From a virus, in the IMG/VR virus record IMGVR_UViG_3300037882_003357, positions 6,255 through 70,254 of that record: DNA of 64,000 nucleotides; one strand, 5' to 3'. Below, piece after piece: positions 17,868 to 26,001 of this stretch; the stretch's first letter is position 1, and each line of letters opens with the position of its first letter. The translations under genes and the position numbers were made by a program. Below the pieces are notes generated by a model. That model saw only the letters and a program-made list of their open reading frames with translations, was not told the DNA's origin and searched no databases.

Positions 17868-18202
17868 AAATCATTAAAGATGCAAGCGAACAGCTTGTGG
17901 AAGAATTTGCTGAGGCTACAAGAGAGGTGCAGGAGACTCCTAGAGACTGGGAAGCTTTTCAAGGACGAGTCACAGTTCGTAAGAATCCCTTGGCTCCCAT
18001 GACTATTGTAGAAGAATATCGAGATAACATCGACACTAGGCTAGCGTTAGACAACACAGATGCTGACATTCCAAACATGCAAGTGAAGGTGAATGTACCT
18101 TACGCAGCAGATTTGTATGAAGACAAGCCTCTGTTTGAAGAAATGCTGAATGAGCATTCGGTTAAAGATTTGTGGGAAGCTGCCTTAAAAAAGACGCTAT
18201 AA
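17843..18202 (+). CDS. neck / tail completion protein (HK97 gp10-like)
   Basis: RDNIDTRL..N and NVPYAA.LYE motifs. Confidence 0.6.
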   Translation: MSLQTILAQIIKDASEQLVEEFAEATREVQETPRDWEAFQGRVTVRKNPLAPMTIVEEYRDNIDTRLALDNTDADIPNMQVKVNVPYAADLYEDKPLFEEMLNEHSVKDLWEAALKKTL

Positions 18203-18793
18203 GCCAATTGTCTTTTTTACTTGTTTGCTCAGTGCTTCTATCTCAGGGATTTTACGTTGAGTTGGAGTGTCTAGAGAATACAAGGCTCGTTTGCCGTGTA
18301 AGTCAAAGAAGTCTGTTTCCTGCACAAAATCAAATCCTCCTCGCTTAACATGCCTTGCGAGTCTTGGCTGCATGACACAATAGATATAGAAAATGTGACT
18401 AGCATCCGCAAGTTCTTTAGCCGCAAGGTAGAGGCATAAAGGAATGAGAGGGTTATTACGATAGTCTTTTAAGACGCAGAGACGCGATACTTCTAAGCTG
18501 GGAACCACTAACTCTTTTTCTTTGCATTCTGTAATGCTCTCTAAAGGTAGTTTCTGAGAAGGTGTGAGCTTAGGCACTGCACGGAAAGTAGCAACGGGAA
18601 TATCTTTGATAGTTTCTCTGATTAGAAAGTGCCAAGACTTAGCATCATACTTATCTTGCTCTTTCTTTTCGGGCGTGACTTCCTCATAGCCTAGTTCTTC
18701 GCAATACACCTGATGACGCACTCGCAAAGCTTCTGAAAAGTCATTATCTAGCAGTTCCAAGTTGTAAGTGAGAAAGAAATCAATAGTAGACAT
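18197..18793 (-). CDS. GNAT acyltransferase of the LuxI / FeeM / exosortase-associated type
   Basis: RVRHQVYCEELGYE...EQDKYD..SWHFL...ATFR, EVSRLCV, MQPRLAR and HGKR motifs. Confidence 0.8.
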   Translation of the reverse strand: MSTIDFFLTYNLELLDNDFSEALRVRHQVYCEELGYEEVTPEKKEQDKYDAKSWHFLIRETIKDIPVATFRAVPKLTPSQKLPLESITECKEKELVVPSLEVSRLCVLKDYRNNPLIPLCLYLAAKELADASHIFYIYCVMQPRLARHVKRGGFDFVQETDFFDLHGKRALYSLDTPTQRKIPEIEALSKQVKKTIGL

Positions 18794-18805
18794 GATAAGC
18801 CTTCA

Positions 18806-18816
18806 GGATAATGAAG
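18806..18816 (+). promoter_or_regulatory. putative late promoter motif GGATAATGAAG
   Basis: Upstream of the portal gene. Confidence 0.6.
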
Positions 18817-18838
18817 TTGAACTAATACCAAGCTTAGC

Positions 18839-20362
18839 ATGACTGATTCAGCTCCGCAACTAGAAATTCAATCTCCCTCAGATGACGAGATGCGCGTTCT
18901 TACTTTCACAGACGGTGCCATCATGTCTCAGGCAATGAGCATGGAGACCATGTTTGCTAATGAGCTGGACTATCAATCTGGAGCTAGTGGCAACACCTTT
19001 GCTTTTGAAGTGTGGAGCAATGCAGCCTACGGACAATTTGGCATCACAAGAGAAATCGCGGACGTGATTTACAGCAGCTCCATGATTGCTCGTCGTGCCA
19101 TTGAAACCATCCCTGATAAAGCCTGGAGCCTTCTAGAAAGCTGGGAACCACCAGAAAAGAAGAATAAACCTGCTTCTAATTCCCTCATGCGCATCTGGAG
19201 AAAGAAGCTGCTCTCTCCTTTCATTGAAGCTGCTTGCATGGCAAGGAAGTATCAAGACGCTTATGTGATTCTATTTTGGGATGATACGAGTGACCTTAGT
19301 AAGCCCTTCAATCCAGAGGCCGCTAGTGAGCTTGTGGGGGCTGTTGCGAGAAGCAGATGGAGTGTGTTGCCTACTAATGGCATTCCAGGCTCCTGTGACT
19401 CGTACAGGATGACCTCAGCTTACAATGACCCTGTGCTTCCTAATGGAGTGAAAGGACGAGACGGAGTTCCTCTTGGAGAAGTGCATTCTAGCCGAGTGAT
19501 TCACGTTCCTGGCATTCTCATAGACAATGAGCAGAAGCGCTACAGACAGGGCTACAACATGAGCCTTCTGAGCTACTTACAAGAGCCTCTTGAGAAGTGG
19601 ATAACCACTCAGCAAGCAGGGATTGGAATGCTTCAAAGTCATAGCATGTTTAAGCTAGGACTTAAAGGGCTTGCTTGGAAAACACAAAACAAAGACGTGC
19701 AGAGCCTTGGCAGACGCTTTAAGAGCATTTTTCAGGGTATTAAGCTCATGGGAGGACTCATCCATGACCAAGACCAGGAGACGGCTGATTTCAGCTCTCG
19801 TTCTTATGGTGGTGTGGACAATCTCATCAAGCAGCTTGAATCTTATTTGGTGAACGCAAGCGACACTCCTAAAGACTTTCTGCTTATGAGTGGTGATGGT
19901 GCCTTTAGTGAAACTGGAACAGGAAGTAGATATGCACTTGCTTCGATTGTTGAGAAGTACCACCGTACTCATGTTAGTCCTGTGGTGGAAACCTTGTTTG
20001 GTCTTTTAGCTTCTGTGTACTTTCCAGATTTGGATGAGAAGTATTTAGAAGAATGTGAGCCGGTCTACAAATCAGCTTTGATGATGACTCGCGCTGAAGA
20101 AGCGGACATTCAATTTAAGCATGCCCAGAGCGCAACACTCTACTTGAACTCCGCAGTTCCAGTGCTAAACGCTGAATCTGTTCTAACGCATTGGGAAAAC
20201 GGGCATTACAACGATGAAATCACCCTCACAGGAAAACTCCCTCCAGAACCACCCGCACTAGGTGCAGCGGCACAAGAAGGAGCAGGGAAGGAGATGGCAA
20301 AGGCTGCTGCTAATTCTTCTAGAGGAGCTTACACTGCTCAGAAGACTAGCAAGAAAGGTTAG
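18839..20362 (+). CDS. portal protein (DUF1073-like)
   Basis: IY.SS.IARRAIETIPD, VHSSRVIH.PG, SYGGVD and P..FLL motifs; 507 aa. Confidence 0.85.
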   Translation: MTDSAPQLEIQSPSDDEMRVLTFTDGAIMSQAMSMETMFANELDYQSGASGNTFAFEVWSNAAYGQFGITREIADVIYSSSMIARRAIETIPDKAWSLLESWEPPEKKNKPASNSLMRIWRKKLLSPFIEAACMARKYQDAYVILFWDDTSDLSKPFNPEAASELVGAVARSRWSVLPTNGIPGSCDSYRMTSAYNDPVLPNGVKGRDGVPLGEVHSSRVIHVPGILIDNEQKRYRQGYNMSLLSYLQEPLEKWITTQQAGIGMLQSHSMFKLGLKGLAWKTQNKDVQSLGRRFKSIFQGIKLMGGLIHDQDQETADFSSRSYGGVDNLIKQLESYLVNASDTPKDFLLMSGDGAFSETGTGSRYALASIVEKYHRTHVSPVVETLFGLLASVYFPDLDEKYLEECEPVYKSALMMTRAEEADIQFKHAQSATLYLNSAVPVLNAESVLTHWENGHYNDEITLTGKLPPEPPALGAAAQEGAGKEMAKAAANSSRGAYTAQKTSKKG

Positions 20363-20526
20363 AACTGCTGTGTAGCTGCACTAGTGTCATAGATTTTTTG
20401 AATGAGAGACTCCTCTAAGTGAATCTCTATTTCATTTGCCATGAGGCATACACTACCATCTGTGTAGGCGTAAATTGTGATGTCGTCGTCTGCTTGTAAA
20501 CGCAGAGTAAGATTAATGCTACTCAT
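20359..20526 (-). CDS. small hypothetical protein (not in ORF track)
   Basis: 55 aa, MSSINLTLRLQADDDITIYAY...; ATGA overlap upstream, stop overlaps the portal stop. Confidence 0.55.
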   Translation of the reverse strand: MSSINLTLRLQADDDITIYAYTDGSVCLMANEIEIHLEESLIQKIYDTSAATQQF

Positions 20527-20744
20527 GATTGGTTAGTTCCGTAAAGTGCTGCAAGTTCTTCGGGGGAAGAAAAAGATTGAAGTTCTCGATAGATGCGTTT
20601 GATTTGGTCATGCGTGAGGTGAATAATTTGTTCCTCTGTATCTTCGTCTACAGTAGCAACAATTGACGTATGATTTTTGCGAGTAATAATCAGCAATTCT
20701 TCATACAGTTTGCTAGAGTAACTTAGGTCTAAAGTCTTTGTCAT
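20523..20744 (-). CDS. hypothetical protein
   Basis: 73 aa, translationally coupled. Confidence 0.65.
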   Translation of the reverse strand: MTKTLDLSYSSKLYEELLIITRKNHTSIVATVDEDTEEQIIHLTHDQIKRIYRELQSFSSPEELAALYGTNQS

Positions 20745-21295
20745 GCAATGCGCTCCTTAAGAGAGGATTTGCTGTCCTCCTTGTGAAAGATTTGACTGAC
20801 TTCTGCTATTCTTGATATTGGCACACAAAGGCTAATGCTGTCAAGATGACGATGTCCAGAAAGTCTTTGCTTCTCTAGCACTGAAGGAGAAAGGCTTCTC
20901 ACTACAATGTTTCCAGAATAATTACCAACGTTATCTAGAAAATTCTCTTTGTCCCAGAAGTCTCCCGCAGTGGTGTCTAGAATTTCCTCAATTTCACACC
21001 AGCGCACGTAGTAGAAAGTTTCGCAGTCTGCTGTGAGCATGTAGTGAGAGAAATTAGAATAGTGATTACCTTCTTTCCATCCCTCTTCTCTGTCCTTAAT
21101 TGCAATCTCAAAAGAAAATCTTCCAGTACACAAAGCAGTTTTCTGCTCTTTCACTTGAACTTTGCCGCTTCCAATGTGGAAATCCGTGCCAGCGATGTCT
21201 TCTTGTTGAGTTGCCTTACGCATAGTTGCTTTAGGAAACTCTCGTTTTAGAATGTCGAAAGCGAGTTGTTCGGAGCGTCTACATTCGTTGTACAT
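20741..21295 (-). CDS. PD-(D/E)XK-type endonuclease-like protein
   Basis: SE...QEDIAGTDF....VQVK....TGRFSFE motif. Confidence 0.6.
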   Translation of the reverse strand: MYNECRRSEQLAFDILKREFPKATMRKATQQEDIAGTDFHIGSGKVQVKEQKTALCTGRFSFEIAIKDREEGWKEGNHYSNFSHYMLTADCETFYYVRWCEIEEILDTTAGDFWDKENFLDNVGNYSGNIVVRSLSPSVLEKQRLSGHRHLDSISLCVPISRIAEVSQIFHKEDSKSSLKERIA

Positions 21296-21321
21296 GAGGA
21301 AGATTCTCTAATGAAGGTTAT

Positions 21322-21993
21322 TTAGAACGGAATTTGGTCGAAGTCTACGTCATCTAAAAGAGTTGTGTCAACCTTAGGAGCAACATTCTTTTTAGCTGGA
21401 GCCGAAGGCTTAGGAGCGTCAATGTTCTGCTGTTTGGGAAAAGCAGAAGGTTCACCAGTGATTTTAGAAAGAAGTTGGTCTACCGCTTGTTCAATGGAAA
21501 TCTCACGGTTAGCGGCTTTCCAGCTTCCGTCAGGAAGGCTTACTTCAGCATACACTGTTTTCTTGTCGTCGTCTTCTCCAGGCTTCCATCCTAGCACAAT
21601 ATCTTTGAGTTCTTCAGCAGAGAAAGCATTTAGAGAATAGATTGCTCCCTTACCAAACACAGATTCGTAGCCTGTGCGGATAGCAAATTTCTGTCCGTCA
21701 GGTGTGGTAAAGAAAAGGTCAAGCTTAACAGTGTCCTTGTATTTAGGATTAGCCGCTTTCTTTTCAAACACTTTCAAGTCAACCAAAGCTCCTCGTAGAG
21801 CAAGGTCATTGCTCACATAAACGGGCTGAGAATCGACATCAAGTGTGTGCACAAGTTCATCAAGCAGACGATTTACAAACAGGTATTGCATTCCTGCAAC
21901 CTTCTTAGGCTTTTGGACTAGACCATATTGTGAGCCTCCTTCACAGAAGACTTTGAGTTCGGAATATAGGGCAGCAAGTTGAGAAGTAGACAT
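21322..21993 (-). CDS. putative single-stranded DNA-binding protein
   Basis: Beta-rich core, flexible linker, acidic tail ending DDVDFDQIPF. Confidence 0.6.
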   Translation of the reverse strand: MSTSQLAALYSELKVFCEGGSQYGLVQKPKKVAGMQYLFVNRLLDELVHTLDVDSQPVYVSNDLALRGALVDLKVFEKKAANPKYKDTVKLDLFFTTPDGQKFAIRTGYESVFGKGAIYSLNAFSAEELKDIVLGWKPGEDDDKKTVYAEVSLPDGSWKAANREISIEQAVDQLLSKITGEPSAFPKQQNIDAPKPSAPAKKNVAPKVDTTLLDDVDFDQIPF

Positions 21994-22024
21994 AGAAAAG
22001 AAAGTTCCTCAGTAAATTGTAATT

Positions 22025-22498
22025 TCATTGTAACACACGCTCTTGAGAAGACGCAAGCTTCAGTTCTTGCTCTAGCCACGCCGCAACTTTGCGAAGTTCT
22101 GCTGGTGATGCGTTGCTTTTGATTTGGTTCGCTCGATTACTAATGACTCGACAGTTCTCAGGGACGTAGCCAAGCTCAGGAATTAATCGGTCTACAGAAG
22201 GGCTATTATCTCTAGACTCGCAACCTCTCATTAGCGTAATGCCCAGCACTGGACATTTTTCAGGAGTGTTTTCAAGAATCCAACCATAGGTAAGAGTTAC
22301 AGGAAATTCACCATTACTTTTTTGATGGTATTTCCTAATACGGTGTTTAGCAGCTTGTTCAGAAGACCTTCTATGTTCTAAATGGCATTGACAGCAATTT
22401 CTGTTAGAGCGGTATCTTAAAGACTTTCCCGTGTTTTCATGCTCATGTCTACGCTTGCAAAGTTTTCCTAAAACTAAGTTATCACCAAGCTCCGGCAT
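22025..22498 (-). CDS. HNH endonuclease
   Basis: CPVLG...SPSVDRLIPELGYVPENCRVISNRANQIK; ATG 22498 with RBS. Confidence 0.8.
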   Translation of the reverse strand: MPELGDNLVLGKLCKRRHEHENTGKSLRYRSNRNCCQCHLEHRRSSEQAAKHRIRKYHQKSNGEFPVTLTYGWILENTPEKCPVLGITLMRGCESRDNSPSVDRLIPELGYVPENCRVISNRANQIKSNASPAELRKVAAWLEQELKLASSQERVLQ

Positions 22499-22985
22499 CC
22501 TCGTCCTCCACAAAGGCATCGAACTCGCTGGCATAAGGCACTTCTTGAGCAAGGAGGACGTGCTTGCGTCTGTTGAGGGTGCTAATCAAATAGGTGAGAG
22601 GTTGTGCTTCACTTCCCCACTGATAGTTATACATGATGCGAAGACTTTCTAAGAATAGAATATTAGCCAGCTCATCAACTTCGTAAAAACCGCTACTCAA
22701 CATTTTGTCATTCTTGTTAAGCACTTTCTTCACCATAGAATAGAGTGCTGCTTTATTCTTCCACACCCAACCAACCACTGTGGTGGATGCTTTTTCTAGC
22801 TGTCTTTCTAGCTCTGGACTCACTTGTTGAATTTCTTTCAGCTTTGCAATTCGATGTTTTGTAGTGCTTGGAGCAGGTACTTTTAATTCTGCGTGATGAA
22901 GTAAACTTTGAAGAAGCTTTAATGCAATTTCTTCATGCTCTGTGAACGTTGGGCATTGACTATTGTTTTCTCTTCGTTTTGGCAC
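22482..22985 (-). CDS. truncated sigma70-like factor (regions 1.2 and 2 only), candidate late sigma
   Basis: TFTEHEEIAL resembles region 1.2; LYSMVKKV..GFYEVDELANILFLESLRIMYNYQWGSEAQPLTYL resembles regions 2.1-2.4; no region 4. Confidence 0.6.
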   Translation of the reverse strand: MPKRRENNSQCPTFTEHEEIALKLLQSLLHHAELKVPAPSTTKHRIAKLKEIQQVSPELERQLEKASTTVVGWVWKNKAALYSMVKKVLNKNDKMLSSGFYEVDELANILFLESLRIMYNYQWGSEAQPLTYLISTLNRRKHVLLAQEVPYASEFDAFVEDEDAGAW

Positions 22986-23267
22986 TTAGATTAAATCCTC
23001 TGTGTTGTATTTTCTGTTTCTCTCCACTGACTTTATTAGAAGGTCTCTTGCTTCATCTGCAAAGAAAAGCTGTTTTTCTCCTGGTAATTTGCAGAAGCGC
23101 TGAATGGCGCGTAGCACTGCCACATGACAGATTGGTTGTCCTTTTTCTCCTCTCACTCCAAGAGCTGTGAATCGTGCTGCAATCTCTCGATAAGAAAGCA
23201 AAAGTTCTTTGTGCATGATGTATGCAACACTCTCTAAATGTGGTGGGATAACTCGTTTTCTTCCCAT
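22986..23267 (-). CDS. helix-turn-helix DNA-binding protein
   Basis: LSYREIAARFTALGVRGEKG..I.HVAVLRAI; abuts the sigma-like gene. Confidence 0.65.
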   Translation of the reverse strand: MGRKRVIPPHLESVAYIMHKELLLSYREIAARFTALGVRGEKGQPICHVAVLRAIQRFCKLPGEKQLFFADEARDLLIKSVERNRKYNTEDLI

Positions 23268-23334
23268 GATGAAATTTAGTCCTCAAGATATATCGTTTAA
23301 TCTCCTGACTTGCCTTGTCAGGTTTTCTTCACAC

Positions 23335-23363
23335 ATCGTAACATAAGAAAAACTAATGTGCAA
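23335..23363 (-). promoter_or_regulatory. sigma70-type promoter (leftward)
   Basis: Minus strand TTGCAC-N17-TACGAT. Confidence 0.55.
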
Positions 23364-23383
23364 GGATAATTTCAATAAATAAC

Positions 23384-23412
23384 TTGCCAAATTCTTAATA
23401 GGCTGTTAAACT
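23384..23412 (+). promoter_or_regulatory. sigma70-type promoter (rightward)
   Basis: TTGCCA-N17-TAAACT. Confidence 0.55.
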
Positions 23413-23450
23413 CGTAAAGAATAAGTGCTAAAAATCAATTATGAAGAAAA

Positions 23451-24185
23451 ATGAAGACTAAGCCGACTAAACTAGAGAAGAAGCTCATTCCTGTTGACGA
23501 CTCTCTAATATCATCACCATGTTTGTTTGTAGAAGACCGCATTGACGACGAAGAAAGCGGCAAACGACTTTACCAAGTAGCTAACCTAAATGATGAGAGA
23601 AGACTCGTAGGAAGCGTTACCACAAGCCTTCCCAATCCTCCTGCTTTCGTCCTAGACAAGTGGAAGAAGAAAGTAGGTCATGAGTACAGCAAGCAGAGCT
23701 TAGACGTGGCGGGACGCTTTGGAGACCGCATTGACCAATCTGTTGACCGCATCATTAAGAATCAGGAATGCTATAAGTACCACTTATTTGAAAGGTTCTT
23801 TGACGAACTTGCTTACGTGATTGGCACTCAGGTGGGAGTGGTGAGCTTTGAGTATGGTTATGCAGGAACTCTAGATTTGCTTGCAATGACAAAGGAAGGG
23901 AAGCTCAGACTTGTGGACATTAAGACTCATGGACGAGTTCATGCTCCAGAAGACGAGAAAGAGAACTACCTCACGCTTCCTCAAGACATTCAGTACCACA
24001 AGAAGAAGAAATGGCAGCTTCAGCTTGCTGCATACACTCAAGGGCTTCTAGAGACTTATGAGCTTGTGGTGGAGGAAGCAGAAATCTGGTGCTTAAACAT
24101 TGGATTAGGAAAGGTTGTCAGACCCGTGGAAATGGACTGTGATGAACTTCAGAAGCAATTCTTGAAATTTAAGGAAGGAATCTAA
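23451..24185 (+). CDS. PD-(D/E)XK exonuclease (Cas4/RecB-like)
   Basis: SVTT, YAGTLDLL, LVDIKT and QLAAY motifs. Confidence 0.8.
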   Translation: MKTKPTKLEKKLIPVDDSLISSPCLFVEDRIDDEESGKRLYQVANLNDERRLVGSVTTSLPNPPAFVLDKWKKKVGHEYSKQSLDVAGRFGDRIDQSVDRIIKNQECYKYHLFERFFDELAYVIGTQVGVVSFEYGYAGTLDLLAMTKEGKLRLVDIKTHGRVHAPEDEKENYLTLPQDIQYHKKKKWQLQLAAYTQGLLETYELVVEEAEIWCLNIGLGKVVRPVEMDCDELQKQFLKFKEGI

Positions 24186-24370
24186 TGGCACTGCATGACA
24201 ATGCTAACCTGGCTAAAGATGTTCTAGTTTACCTAGACACGCATGGAATTTTTGGAATGATTAAGCAGTATGAGAGAATGGAGCTTTTTGATACTGCTGA
24301 CCAGCTTAAAGCATTAGTTGCAACCTGCGATATCATTAGTCGCAGGTATGGTGAACTTGGTGCAGCATAA
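24185..24370 (+). CDS. hypothetical protein
   Basis: 61 aa, TAATG coupling. Confidence 0.6.
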   Translation: MALHDNANLAKDVLVYLDTHGIFGMIKQYERMELFDTADQLKALVATCDIISRRYGELGAA

Positions 24371-24450
24371 CATAAACTAGCAGTGGTGGAAGATAGAGTA
24401 CGAGACTCTTTGCGCTACAATGAATTTGGTGATTTTAGAGAAGGAATATA

Positions 24451-24657
24451 ATGCAGCAAGTATACGCTAACACAGAAAGATTTGAAGAAGCTTACGAAAT
24501 ACTCCGTCAGCTTGACTGTAAAAATGCTTTTGGCAAAACACCTCAAACATATAAAGAAGAGGAAGCACAGGTAGCTTTGATTAACAAATGTGCTTCCATC
24601 GCTCTAGAATACTGGGAGGGAAGTAACGGGGAAATTCTTCAGGTAGAGCCGCACTAA
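24451..24657 (+). CDS. hypothetical protein
   Basis: 68 aa, AAGGA RBS. Confidence 0.6.
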   Translation: MQQVYANTERFEEAYEILRQLDCKNAFGKTPQTYKEEEAQVALINKCASIALEYWEGSNGEILQVEPH

Positions 24658-24674
24658 CATACAATGATTTTTAT

Positions 24675-25184
24675 TTACGTTGAAAGCATTGTACACTCTC
24701 CTCGCTTCGCTGCGGGGGAGCTTTCAAACAAATGAGCTAAGCTCCACACCGAATGAAATCTTCGTCCTTCTGCCCATTCTCCACTGAGAGGATGGGCTTT
24801 TACTGCGCGATAGGCTGCACTACTGTGAATCATCCACTTTTCTCCTACGTCCGTAGGATTGGGGTACACTAATCCGCTGTGGTGGCTAGTTCCACTGTAG
24901 TCAAAGAACAAAATATCCCCTGGAAGGGCTAAATCCAAAGTTATCCGCTGAGCGTTATATTTGCGGATGTAGTCCGTCATGCGCGTGTCTGTGAAACACA
25001 CTGGAGTGCCTTGAATAGGCACATTCATGTCGTACCCTAAAGCCTGAGAGTAGCACCACGCAACATACTGCACACAGTCAAAAGCACAACCAGGGAGCTT
25101 TGCGTCCTTAGCATATTTAACGTTTAGCTGACTTGCTGCTGCGTCTATGATTGTTTGTCGCCACTGAGGAAGTTCAATAGTCAT
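24675..25184 (-). CDS. NlpC/P60 tail-associated peptidase
   Basis: FDCVQYV catalytic Cys, PGDILFF, HHSGL and MIHS motifs. Confidence 0.85.
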   Translation of the reverse strand: MTIELPQWRQTIIDAAASQLNVKYAKDAKLPGCAFDCVQYVAWCYSQALGYDMNVPIQGTPVCFTDTRMTDYIRKYNAQRITLDLALPGDILFFDYSGTSHHSGLVYPNPTDVGEKWMIHSSAAYRAVKAHPLSGEWAEGRRFHSVWSLAHLFESSPAAKRGECTMLST

Positions 25185-25923
25185 AAGATTTTGCTTTTTG
25201 CGTTCTGCGGTAGGAATTAACGAAGGTGCCAGGTTCCCAAGTTACATCTTCATATTCCGTCATGCCGAGTAAGTCCATACTGTAAAAAGTATCTCTTTCA
25301 GAACGAGGATTCTTTCCATGTCTTTTTGCCCAACCTGTAAGGGTAAGCTTTTCACCTGTTAGTTTAGCAATTACGTAAGTACTGTCACGCTTATTGCTTG
25401 CTTGTTCTGCGGTGGTAGACCATTTACAGTTTTCTTTGCAATAGTGACTTTCTACCTGGATTCTGTCTAAGGTGCAATCATTTGGAATATCTCCCATGTC
25501 AGCATAGAATGCTTCAAAAGATTCTTGCCATTCTGAACACACCGAAATACCTCTTCCTCCATAACTAGAGTAATCTTTATGCTTAGGATTAGAGCATCTT
25601 TCGCGCATGTTTGTCCAAACACTATAAATTTTAGTGCCTGATTTACCATGGGTTCTATGACTAGGGTTATTTTTGTGGTATTCTGTCATTACTTCGCGCA
25701 TCACTTCTGTTCGATAACACCCACAACTAATAGTTTTGCCTGTTTTAATCGAATAAGCAAGACTCCATTTAGTATTAGAGCCGCAAGAACACTGAACTAA
25801 AAATCTTTTGTTGCATTTTTCATCAACTGCATAGTTTAGAATTGTTAAAAGACCAAAAGTTTGACCAATAAAATCTCTATTGCGTGCCACAATAAACTCA
25901 CGATAATGAAAAGGATATCCCAA
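25174..25923 (-). CDS. HNH homing endonuclease
   Basis: GQTFGLLT..CSCG..SCGC, THG.S....Y.VW.NM..RC, YGGRGI.VC.EW, TLDRI....HYCKENCKW.T..EQ..N; start uncertain. Confidence 0.85.
   Translation of the reverse strand: MGYPFHYREFIVARNRDFIGQTFGLLTILNYAVDEKCNKRFLVQCSCGSNTKWSLAYSIKTGKTISCGCYRTEVMREVMTEYHKNNPSHRTHGKSGTKIYSVWTNMRERCSNPKHKDYSSYGGRGISVCSEWQESFEAFYADMGDIPNDCTLDRIQVESHYCKENCKWSTTAEQASNKRDSTYVIAKLTGEKLTLTGWAKRHGKNPRSERDTFYSMDLLGMTEYEDVTWEPGTFVNSYRRTQKAKSYDY
25901..25911 (+). promoter_or_regulatory. putative late promoter motif CGATAATGAAA
   Basis: Upstream of the tail tip gene. Confidence 0.55.
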
Positions 25924-26001
25924 TTATAGCAACGCGCTTGAAATAGCGCAAATGCAAGGCAGGTCGTTATTCCACCGAAACTCGCGCTAGCCCTTGGCCT
26001 A

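Noticed and set aside
23451-24185. Cas4-like nuclease as evidence of a CRISPR system
   Set aside because: No repeat-spacer array or other cas genes were seen; stand-alone PD-(D/E)XK exonucleases are common in phages
25174-25923. HNH gene as part of a group I intron
   Set aside because: The flanking genes are intact and on opposite strands, and no intron core or split exon is evident
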